64,000 nt of DNA from NCBI RefSeq assembly GCF_018977255.1, contig NW_024704742.1:105278001-105342000 (forward strand). The letters run 5' to 3'. Positions 1 through 10,280 of the stretch are shown here, in pieces. Position 1 is the first letter of the stretch; every line of letters begins with the position of its first letter. The notes below the pieces were generated by a model, which worked only from the letters and a program-made list of their open reading frames with translations, was not told the DNA's origin and did no database searches. The translations under genes were made by a program, and so were the position numbers. Source of the DNA: Callorhinchus milii. Its lineage: Eukaryota.

Positions 1-710
1 AGGTAGGGTGGATGAGACCATGGAGGGACTTAAATTCGAGAACAATTATCTTGAACTTGATCAGATTGAAGATCAGCTCTTTTACAAACCCAGTATTGTT
101 TTTATGGCTTTTATCAACTCGCCCAAGTGACCAATGGCACGTGTAGGAGCTTTGGCCTTTTTCTCTCATATTACATTGATTTTTATGAAATTTTAAATTG
201 GCTGTTATAGATTAGTGTACTTGCTTAATGGATTATGTACTTTCAGTGAGCGGTGAAACTTAAGGCTGGTTGAATAATGTATCCGCAATGGGGATGAATG
301 AAAATTTGGGACTAAAAGAGAACGTGCTGATGGAGAACTGGAATTCATTTTGTGGGACAACTTTATTCTAATTATTTGTCATTACACTCGGAACCCATTT
401 AATCGATAGTTCCATCGATAAATTATTTGCACTTGCTGTTTATGCGCCAAAATACAGTCTTCATTACATTTTTTTTCTCTCTCTGTGAGATATCTAAGTG
501 CAAGTTTTGACGTAGTCAAGGTTCCAATCTACTACCGATGCCATGAGGAGCCATTGGGCATTCTTAACAGACTATCATTTTCTGCTCGGACTAACGATAA
601 CAAAAACAACTTGCATTTATATTGCGCTCTTTACGTGTGGCAGTGTCTCGGAACACTTAATGACAATCCTTGCATTTGATATAGTGCCTTATCACATCAT
701 TGAGATGCCT

Positions 711-920
711 CAACAACAACAAGATTCCATTTATAGAGCGCCTTTCACGTCGGGAGGACGTCCCAAGGCACTGTACAGTTGGGTCAGGACCCGAGCAGGG
801 GGGAAATGGTCAGGGTGAGGGGAGGGAAGGGAGGGAGCGAGGAGGGGGTAGAGAGTCGAGAGGGGAGCTGAAGGCACGGACAAAGAGAAAGGTCTTGAGA
901 CCGGCCTTGAAGGAGGAAAG
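711..920 (-). mobile_element. L2-clade LINE 3' end fragment with (TTG)n tail
   Basis: caacaacaacaagattccatttatagagcgcctttcacgtcgggaggacgtcccaagg; near-identical to the reverse complement of 41551-41763 and related to 58963-59245. Confidence 0.8.
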
Positions 921-924
921 AGTG

Positions 925-1008
925 TACATAGGAACAGGAGTAGGCCCTTCAGTCCCTCGAGCTTGTTCTGTCATTCTAATAGATCATGGCTGATCTACAC
1001 CTCAACTC
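925..1008 (-). mobile_element. CR1-clade LINE 3' end fragment
   Basis: ggaacaggagtaggcccttcagtccctcgagcttgttctgtcattctaatagatcatggctgatct resembles CR1 3' UTRs; a related copy lies at ~59535-59610 (+). Confidence 0.6.
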
Positions 1009-3213
1009 AAATTTTTCCGTAGAATATATGTTGAAACGTGGATTGACTGTGTATTTTGTAATGATGCACGGAAGTGACCCACAAACAGTCGTAGATTTTT
1101 TTTCTCAAGGGATTATTACCCCCAGAGAGCGATCCACCAATTGACTAACAACCAGGTTCCTACTTACTGCTAGGTAATCAGAGGCTTGTGGAGTAACGAA
1201 ACTTGCCTAAGGTTTTGCTTCACTGGGAATCAAACCTGTGTCCTCTCGCGTGCGAGGTGAGCAGGATAACCACTATGCTATGGGTCTCCAGCAAAATAGA
1301 ACTGCGAGGATGAATACAAGCTGCAGGCTCTTTCTACATACTGTTTTCTTTGGACTTTGAATCATTGGATTTATGATGAACGAGTGGTCACGATTGCAAT
1401 TTCAGCACTTCTGTTGGAAAATCCACTTACGCTCACTTTTGATTTAAACATATTCCTGATACTAAAGTAAACTGAGTTTCCGCACTACAAATGTATTAGA
1501 TTTGAAAACTTCATGAGATTCCCACCATGCAGTTTTGGGAGTTAAATGAAATCTTTCAGGAATCTGCACGCCTGACAGGCAGTATGCTGACATTTCTGAA
1601 TTGAATTTGTGCAGTTCCGCATCAAGGGCCTTCATTTTTCTCAGGTCTTTTGGCCTAACTTTCTGAGCCAAATTATCGAGCTACGGTACTTAAATTAGGA
1701 CTCCTGGGAGAGGGAGTGGGCAGTGGGCGAATAATTCTCTACTTGTTTGTGTATTCACAGACCTTGAAGTTGGTATGTGTAATATTCTGCAATAATATGG
1801 GCAGAATGCATTATTTGTAAATTTTACAATTTCAGCTTCCTAATAAAGGTATTAAGAAACTGAAGTTGGTGGTATTTCATAAACCAGTGAGTCCCATGTT
1901 TGGAAATACCAAAAACAAATTAATATTTGCCAGTTTGCTGTTGGATCAACCTGCCCATGCATAGCTTTTTTTATGAATAGGTGTCTGGTTAGAAGCAACC
2001 GTTTTGGTGCTTTTTTTATTTAATGGGGGTGGGGTGGCTTGTGTTGGGCCACTGTTCCATGGACTCTGTCCACCATCTATCACCTCATTCAGGTGGCAAT
2101 TCTAAGCGTGTGAGCCGAGATAGCCAATGATGAAAGGCTGTTGGATGATGGAAGGAATATGTCAGGCCTAAATTCCAAGCAGATGGACTTTCAGCAGGAA
2201 TCATTGGATAGCAACCCAAAGCTGCAATTGCGCCTGTTCTTCTCTTCCCATCCTCCCTTCTCCCCGCCCCGCTGCCAATTTATTTTTATCTGTACATTTT
2301 ATTGAATGTTTTGATGTTTCCTTTTCTTTCGTTCATCTCCTCCTTTCTTTGCAAACAAGCAGTTACAAATTTCTCTTGTCATTTCTCTTTTGTTTTGTTG
2401 CAGCCCTCCCCTGAGACCACCTGCTTTTCCAGGTTGGTGTCTAGCAGTGCAGACAGTGTTTGTGTGTGATTGATGCAGTCTCCCTGCAGCTACGCTCATT
2501 ATCAGTTTCTGTGCAGGCTGCTTTCCGTACTGCACTTTTTATCCCTCATTCGTGTGATAAATGGGTTCAGGACCTGCACACAGGTCACAAGTGGTACAGT
2601 ACTGCAACTCTAAGATCAGGATGGGTTGATTTGTAATTGAAGAGACTGTTGCTTCACTTCAGGATAGGTAGTTTCGGGAGGTAAATTGTGCTGTATTTTC
2701 ACTTGCATAACCTTTTAAAATTGATTGCTTGCTTCATAAATTTAGGAAGTGGAACCTAATGTCCCGGTAAATAGTATTTCGTGATGTAACTGAGCACTAT
2801 TTATTAGTGATCCCTGCACTATATTTTCTAAAAGAAAAAAGCAAACCATTATTTTGTTTGAAAGGCTACACGAGCAAAATAAAGCAGCATAATTCATGGC
2901 TTTTCCCTACAGTGCTCAGAGGTGGTACTGGAATTTCTAACACTGAATTCGATGCATCGGGAGCTGGGAGATACAGTTCATGCTCGTAGATACATTTATT
3001 AACAGAGCTGCTTCTGAACATGAGGTGAGGACGAGATGGATACGTGTTTGAAAAGGTTAAATAATGTCAGTGGGGGAAACTGCTGAAAGATCAGAGAGTT
3101 TATCTTGCAACCAAAGCAATTCTTGTGATGAAGTTCCTGAGAAGCAGGTTTTTAAGAAGTACCTGAACAGTACCCAGGAAAGTACAACCAGTGTTGAAGG
3201 TTGGAGAGGCTGT

Positions 3214-3571
3214 TAGTCTCCCAGCACAGTGGTTAGAGAACTTGCCTCGCAAACAAGTAGACTCGGGTTCAATTCCCGGGCAGGACGAAACCTTAGGCAA
3301 GTTTTCTCATTCCCCTCGCCTCTGTTTACCTAGCAGTAAATAGGAACCTGATTGTTAGTCGATTGGGGGATTGCTTTCTGGGGATAATAATCTCTCTTAA
3401 AGAACATAAAAAAATGGTTTACTCAATCACGACTGTGGGACACTGTTGTGCGCGATTGGCTGCCATGTTTCTCCCACAAAAACACAATCAATTAATTTGA
3501 CAATATATTCTGTGAAGCGCTTTGAGACGTCAATGATGTGATGAGGCGCTATATCAAATGCAAGGATTATT
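3214..3571 (+). mobile_element. SINE family A, full length (long form)
   Basis: A-box-like cagcacagtgg, B-box ggttcaattcc, central ctgtttacctagcagtaaataggaacc, tail gtgaagcgctttgagacgtc...ggcgctatatcaaatgcaaggattatt. Confidence 0.85.
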
Positions 3572-3919
3572 AGAAGTAGAAGGAGCAAGTGCTTGCATTA
3601 AAACATAACAAGATTTCTGTGTCAATTCCAGTATTTTTGTGTGACCTTCCTGAATTAAAGCACTGAGTCAGCATTTGCACCATTTCATCCTGCCCCTGTT
3701 TTTGTTCTTTGAGTTATTGCGTATTTTTTCTTTGCACCACGACTGGAGAGTGAGAAAGTGACGACTGTTCTATCGTCTGACCTATCTGTGCTCCTGTGTA
3801 ACGGCAGATGCTTTCTCTTGATTTTTTAATGCACTTTTTTGCTTTTCACTCAAATAATCCAGTCTCCTCTGATCCACTCGAACACAACCATGTGCTTCAG
3901 CAACTAAGAGCAATGCAGA

Positions 3920-4240
3920 CATTGTGACCATTTTTTCCTGAAGGCATTGGTAATTTGCCTGGGTTCTGGTGCTACAGGTGCTGGGTTCCTTCTGGTATTT
4001 CATCCAATCAGCCATTGTTCGTGTGTGAGATTTGACTGTAATTATTGATGGGTTATTTCAATCAAGGAGGGTGGGCCATCACAGCTGAGTCTGATCCATC
4101 TCTTTACTCGTGAGGAAGATTGAGTATATTGCATATCTATACTCCCGACACCAACCACTGAGGACAACTTTAGCGTTCTGACTGCACTCTGGCTGAAGTG
4201 AACTAACAGTATAGACTGGAACTTGAACCTTTCCTGGTTT
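3920..4240 (-). mobile_element. Old tRNA-type SINE family B, diverged copy
   Basis: ttctggtatttcatccaatcagccattgttcgtgtgtgag...catcacagctgagtctgatcc...ctggctgaagtgaactaac...ggaacttgaacc shares blocks with 40251-40570 and 2040-2230. Confidence 0.5.
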
Positions 4241-4439
4241 GTATCACACAGTTACAATACAAATTACATTTACATAGCGCCTTTCACGTTGGGAGGACGC
4301 CTCAAAGCCCTTACCAATTGACAGAGCTTCACAAAAGCAGTATGCAGCACGAAAGTTCATATTTTCCCAACTCCAGTGCAATTTGTTCTGTTTTTCCCCC
4401 CTCCCCCAGCTTAGCCTTGATACTATACATTTTGTATAT

Positions 4440-4589
4440 TTGTGGGACATTGCTCTGTGCAATTTGGCTACCACATTCACTTACAAAACACACCGTCACT
4501 ACACTTCACAGTGAATACAGTGAAGTGCTTTGAGACGTACATCCTCTTAAAGTGAAAGGCGCTATATCAAATGCAATGATTATTATTAT
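4440..4589 (+). mobile_element. SINE 3' fragment (tail shared by family A and the Deu SINE)
   Basis: tgtgggacattgctctgtgcaatttggct...gtgaaaggcgctatatcaaatgcaatgattattatt. Confidence 0.7.
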
Positions 4590-6581
4590 GCTCCTTTATC
4601 CAGTTGGACCCTTCACCATTACCCATGGTTTATTGATTACTTCATTGACCTATTTCATGTCCTATTTATTCATAAACCATGCTACTTACTCTGCAGCTAC
4701 TGCACTTAGTTTTTCAGCCATGTGCGTTCTCTTCAATACTCACTCTTTTGGTTGTAATTGACTGCACTGACACATCTGTTTGATTGATTTGTGTTTGTTC
4801 CTTCTGGCTATTTTGGATCTTGTTCGTGACCTATTACTTGAGCCCAGTGAACTAGCCACCAGGCTCGAATCCACGCAGATATTTTAAATGCAGGTTATCA
4901 CATTTCAAAAATTACTTTTGGCTGATGCTCAGATTGTGAGTTTTAAATAAAAAAACACGAGTGGAGCATTACCTGCGGTGCTACATAGCCTTACAGTGCA
5001 GGTAGGTTGTTCTTGGTTGGAACAGCTTTTCTGAAACCAAAATACTACCTTCTGAATTTTGAACATAGTGCTGCTAGAATGAAGATTAACTGCTGTGCAC
5101 CTTTCCATTTTCAATGCTACTTTACACCATTAAAACACAAAAACAGCACTGTGATTTGCTGCATGTGCAAAGATCTTTAAAATAAATATTTTGAACAAAC
5201 TTCTCTTTATTTTTGGCTGTAGTAGACACCGGTTAAACACTGGACTTTGGGACACTGGATTCTGGTTGAACTCCTGCATGTCCAGGACACTGTTTAGCCA
5301 CCTTGTCACTAGATTAAGATTGGTTTGGATGAAAAAAGCGCTTCTGCTCATTTAATCTCATCCTTCTAGGACACCCACCCTACCATTTTCCAATCACAGC
5401 ATCAAGCTGTTTTCTTAAAGTTTCCAGTGACCTGGCCTCAATCACCTTTTATGGCCACTCATTGTAGTGTTCTCAACCAAGCACTAACGCAAGTGAAAGG
5501 TTTGTTCTAGCAAAGAGGAGTGATAGTCAGAACCTGTAATACATTTCAAAAGGAGGATGTCTTAAAGTGCTTTGATATGCCCTCCTGATGCGAAAAGTGC
5601 AATATAAATATATATTGTGTTGTAATACTATGAATGTATTTTAAAATTTGGTCAGATGTTGGTTTGTGAAATACTGTAAATGAAGCTCTCTAATAAGGTC
5701 GGCAAATGTACTGAGATATTTTGACCACATTAGCAGTATCTAGTAAGTTTGATTTACTCCTGTATATAATAAAACAGTGAAATGAAGAAGACTGTAAAAA
5801 ATCTGGCCATCAATGGGATGGCCTTTACCATTTAGACCTTTTGGTCTGTGTACTGAACTGTACTCTGAACAGCTGTGTGTTGTACTGTAGGTGGTTGAGA
5901 ATTAGGACGAAATATTGAACTTCAGCTGACTTTACCGGAATCTGTCCATTTGTGAAATTTTGCAAAATAGTAGCGGTTATAAGCAACCCCATGGTCAGAA
6001 AGGAGAAGAAAATTGAAGCTGTGATTCCTTTCATGCTCACTGAAAATATAAATGAATATTCATTCATATAAACTGCTCACAGCACCACCATTGTATTATG
6101 GAGCGAAATTCTATCCGTCATAATCAGATCTAGAGGAAATGAGATACTCATCTGCTTGTGGAAAATGGGTGATAGAAACTGTACTCTGTTTTTCACCATT
6201 GGTTATCAATTTAACTTCACTGTTGTATTCAGTGAATGTAACTCACCAGTGTGTGGAGGTTGCACATAGTTGGTCAGGATGGCTATTTTATCCCTACCAT
6301 GTTTATGAAACTGTTTAATCCATGTTGTACGCATTGGAGAACCCTTCAGATAGCTAAATTCATATATTTTTGAAATCAGAGGAAGATTTTGGCGTGAGGA
6401 TTGTGAAATTCAATGGTAGACATTTTAAATCATGAGTGAAACAGTGGCACGTGTATTGATAGTTTTCTTAAACCACTTTATTAGTTTTCCATAGATTGGC
6501 ATCTTTATCATTGCCCCTTGTTGTAGAGTTTGAAAAACTTACTTGCAGAAGTTTATTCTCATGTATTTTTGGTCGTTACAG

Positions 6582-6713
6582 TTGGGAGAAAACTGCCCAG
6601 ACGTCATGGATATTCACTTCGGCCAATGCTACAAGATCACAGATGAAGGAATGGTTGCTCTAGCAAAAGGCTGCCGGAGGCTGCAGAAAATCTACATGCA
6701 GGAAAACAAATTG
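6582..6713 (+). CDS. FBXL17: Internal coding exon of F-box/LRR-repeat protein 17 (leucine-rich-repeat region), 132 bp, phase 0-0
   Basis: Acceptor tatttttggtcgttacAG ends at 6581; donor GTaggt starts at 6714. Translation LGENCPDVMDIHFGQCYKITDEGMVALAKGCRRLQKIYMQENKL closely matches vertebrate FBXL17 as recalled (LGSKCRELKDIHFGQCYKISDEGMIVIAKGCLKLQRIYMQENKL). Neighbouring exons not found in the window. Confidence 0.95.
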
Positions 6714-8330
6714 GTAGGTCAGATATAAAGCAAATGGGAAATTGGCTGAGCACAGTGCCTTGGTGCTGAGGGATAACCTCCAAATATATTCTGGAGGAAT
6801 ATTTTTATATTTACAGTTAATAATCCAGTTAATTCAATGCTTTTTTATGAAATAATTAATATTTTTTGGATAAAGCTAATGATTTTGGCTATGATGGTGT
6901 TTTGGTGGTTTGCTTCTTTATCATAGTATATGTCCCGATTGTACAGTGTTAGGAACCAGGCACTCCTTAAGAGATGATCATGATTCTTGTTTATTTCATT
7001 AACAGGAAAGCTTATTTGCAAGTACTTTGCACAACCAGTCACATTGTATTAAGGATGCACATTTGGACTATTTTATGTTTCATTCCTACATGCAATTTGG
7101 GCCCAGAGTCCACAGAGTTTTCAATTTGTACTTATCCATTCGGAGAGGTAACAGATGAGCATTAAATATGCCAGTTGATTTACTTCTCAGGCTTAAAGTA
7201 ACTGCATAAAATAATGTCCTATTTCATGGACCGATTCTTACAAGTGAGATGAAAACTTTGGCCTGCTTGAATGAAAAATTACCTGCTGCCAAGTATGTGG
7301 ATGTGTTGCCCATGGAGCCATGAAATGATTTTCAAAACTGGGAGCTGAAGCACTGATGATGATTTTTAGAATTCTTTTCTTGCACCTATAATCCTTATAC
7401 AACAATAATGTTACAAAAGCCACCTGTATGACCAGGTGAGTGCGGTTTTGTTTCAGCTTTCTGTCTGCTTTGCATTTAAACAATGTTACTCTGACCTGAG
7501 CTTCCACCGCGAGACCTCTTCAAGGTACAGTGGGAATGTTTGGAGTTCTGCAGATTTCTGCCGTAAATGCTAGCAGATTGAGGAGCTGAACTTCTTTGAG
7601 ACTCAAATGGCCTATTTTTTGGCATTGTTTGGTGAGGGATGAAAGTGCAAATAGCCTTAAAAAATTGCTAATGGAGTATTCTGAAATTGAAGGGCAATCT
7701 GGTTGCTGTTCAATAACTGAAGTTCTATCTGATGTTATCACTTGTCATGTAGATCACTGTTAGTAGTTTATTTAAATTAATAGCGAGCAACTTTAAATTG
7801 CTGAATAGTTATTTTGATAATTAGCAGTTTACTTGCTCAATAACTAATTCTCATTCTTAATGTGCGATTTAAATTTGAAGCTTTTAACTGTTGATTCATT
7901 TCAATGAATGAAAAGTGGAGGTGTTTATTGCAGAATACTCTGGTATTGAAATTTCTCCTTTTAACAGATCAAAAACTGCGAAATACTGGGCAGAGTTGCA
8001 TGACGTTAACATGTTGTATTATATGCCGCATTAACTATGCTGCTTCACTTGTGAGAATGTATAGCAGATGTGAATGTGGGTGCCAAAGGACGTCTTTTAT
8101 CCTAAATGGGAAATGATAAAGGCGTCTGGTCAAAGTCACTTGTAGGTTATAGATATCATCTGATTTGTGAGGGGGACTTGTATTACACTGATGTCTGCCA
8201 AGTACGTGAATAATAAATAATGGTGAATGTGATATTGATTTTTTTACTTCATAAGTGAGTTACGGGAGTCTTTCAAAGAAAATAAACAGCCATACAAACA
8301 ACTTATCTTTTATTCAGTTGTAATACATCT

Positions 8331-8657
8331 GGAGTCCTGTAGCTCAGTGGTTAGAGCACTCGCTTTGCAAGTGAGAGACCTGAGTTCAATTCCAGGCAGA
8401 GGGCGAAACCTTGGGCATGTTTCCTTACTCCACACGCCTAATAATAATCCCTCCAAAAACAAAAACAATAATAAATTGGTCATTTTCAATCTACGACTGT
8501 TTGTGGGACATTGCTGTGCGCAATTTGGCTGCCGCGTTCGCCCACAAATATACAGTCAATTCACTTTACAGTGTGTTCTGTGAAGCGCTTTGGGACGTCC
8601 TCCCGACGTGAAAAGCGCTATATCAAATGCAAGGATTATTATTATTATTATTATTAT
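8331..8657 (+). mobile_element. SINE family A, young short subfamily with tRNA-Ala-like head and (ATT)n tail
   Basis: A box tagctcagtgg, anticodon arm ctcgc-tttgcaa-gtgag, B box gttcaattcc, CpGs retained, near-identical to 29777-30094; possible short TSD atct. Confidence 0.9.
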
Positions 8658-9034
8658 CTGAAGTTAGTGGCAAAATCAATTTTTAATTCCTATGGAATGA
8701 ATTTTTATTCTGGCTCCATCATTCTTTTAGTGAACAATTGCTATTTCTGTGAGTAATGTAAATGCTTTATTAGCACTGCAACATCTGGATCTAGTTCAGC
8801 CTTTTTCTGCGCAAAGCGTGGATACATGGTTTCCTGAACCAACAAATCGAAGCTCACTAAATACTGCTGTAATTCATCGGGACTGTCGAGTCTGAAAATG
8901 AATGAAATATCTGTGTATATGGTTTTATCTGGACTCAGTGTGGTCATCAATCACAGTGGCTGGTGGCAGGTAGAGATGAAATGAAGTGGTATGAATCGCT
9001 GGCATTCTCTTTGGAGCCTGGGAAGGCGAAGCAG

Positions 9035-9252
9035 GCCTGAAATTCAACCTCATCTATGACCGTTTTGTCTCAAATTGTAAGATCACACAGCATTGTGGAA
9101 AAATGTTAAATTCAGTGTAACTTTGGAAGCTAGCTTATTTTGGGAGGAAAATCTGGCTTCCAAATTTAGACTGGATCGATGAATTTTTTGGACCGTCTTA
9201 AATTTTAAGGCAAAGTGATTTTTACAGGCTCAGACTAGGTGGTGTTTCAGGC
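9035..9252. mobile_element. Palindromic MITE-like element
   Basis: Termini gcctgaaattcaacct / aggtggtgtttcaggc and inner arms gtctcaaattgtaagatc / gtcttaaattttaaggc are inverted repeats; related copies at ~20480, ~38290 and ~51197. Confidence 0.6.
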
Positions 9253-9534
9253 AGTGCTGTGTGATAGACATTGAGACGACCGATTTTAAAAGTAATTCAA
9301 TGTGCTGTAATCTGGAGACTTGAACCTTTCACTCTTTGTATGGATGGATGTATGTTACACGGAGAATCTGTCTGGAGGGATTCTATTGATTTTTAGTTGG
9401 ATGCTTTGGATCAGTCAAAGTCGATCTGGAATTTCGCAACTCTAATGATGTTTAGTACTGGTTATATATTTCTGCATCTTCACCTGTACTAACATTTTTC
9501 AGGGTTGGGTGGCCTCGGGCAAGCTTGAAAATCA

Positions 9535-10280
9535 ATGCAGCCACTTCTCCTTTCTTAAGTCCTGGATGAGGGCAAATTTCCTACAGTTGAATGTGAACAA
9601 GACTGAGGCCCTCCTGATTGGCTCGCGCCAGTGCCTCAGCACCTCAGGCTCTGGCATCATCAACCTCCATGGTTGACCACTGCAACTCACCAGCCAGTCA
9701 GGAGCCTGGGTGTCTTGTTCGACCCTCAACTGTCTTTCCTCCCCCACATTCAAGCCATGACCCGCTCTGCCTTCCCTCACCTCCGTAACATCAACCGACT
9801 TACCCTTCAGGCCCCTGAAACTCTTGTTCATGCCTTCATCACCTCCAGGCTCGACTATGCAAACTCCCTGCTTGTCAGCCTTCCCAACTCCTCCCTCCAC
9901 AGGCTGCAGATAATCCAGAACTCTGCAGCTCGTGTCCTCTCCCGCACCAAACTCCGTGACCCCATCTCCCCCATTCTCGTCCGACTCCATTGGTTCCCTA
10001 TCCTTCAGAGGATCCAGTTCAAGATCCTGGTCCTCACCTTCAAAGTCCTCCATGGCTTCGCCCCACCCTACCTCTGGGACCTCCTAACCTGTACCAACCT
10101 GCCCGCTCCCTCCGCTCAGCCGGCTCCAGCCTGCTCCACGTCCCCCGACCCACCCGGCTCACTATTGGCGGGAGAGCCTTCCGCCACTCTGACCCCAACT
10201 TCTGGAAATCCAACCCCCAATCACTCCTTGCCTTGCCTCCTCCTTAGACTCCTTCAAGTCCCGCCTCAAGACTACTACCT
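9535..10280 (+). mobile_element. L2-clade LINE ORF2 C-terminal relic with stop and frameshift
   Basis: Translates to WMRANFLQLNVNKTEALLIG...VRSLGVLFDPQLSF...LVHAFITSRLDYANSLL...IQNSAARVL...LHWFPILQRIQFKILVLTFK...APPYL, then GGRAF...FWKS in a shifted frame; these are typical L2 motifs downstream of the RT core. Confidence 0.9.

Larger units (their letters stand above)
663..1289 (-). mobile_element. tRNA-derived SINE family A (long form), interrupted by L2 and CR1 fragments
   Basis: Tail aatccttgcatttgatatagtgccttatcacatc at 665-710; body resumes ~1009 (tagaatata...gattgactg...cccacaaacagtcg) and ends with the reverse complement of the tRNA-like head (gggaatcaaacc...taaccact). Confidence 0.8.

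Noticed and set aside
2404..2432. Possible 29-nt exon after a strong pyrimidine tract (AG at 2402-2403)
   Set aside because: Donor GTTGGT is mediocre, the length is not a multiple of 3 and there is no FBXL17 similarity; probably a decoy acceptor.
6543..6728. 61-aa ORF as a complete small gene
   Set aside because: Only 6582-6713 is exon; the flanking codons are intronic, beyond the AG and GT splice sites.
8331..8405. Functional tRNA-Ala gene
   Set aside because: The tRNA-like head runs directly into SINE body and tail, with no proper acceptor stem or nearby Pol III terminator.
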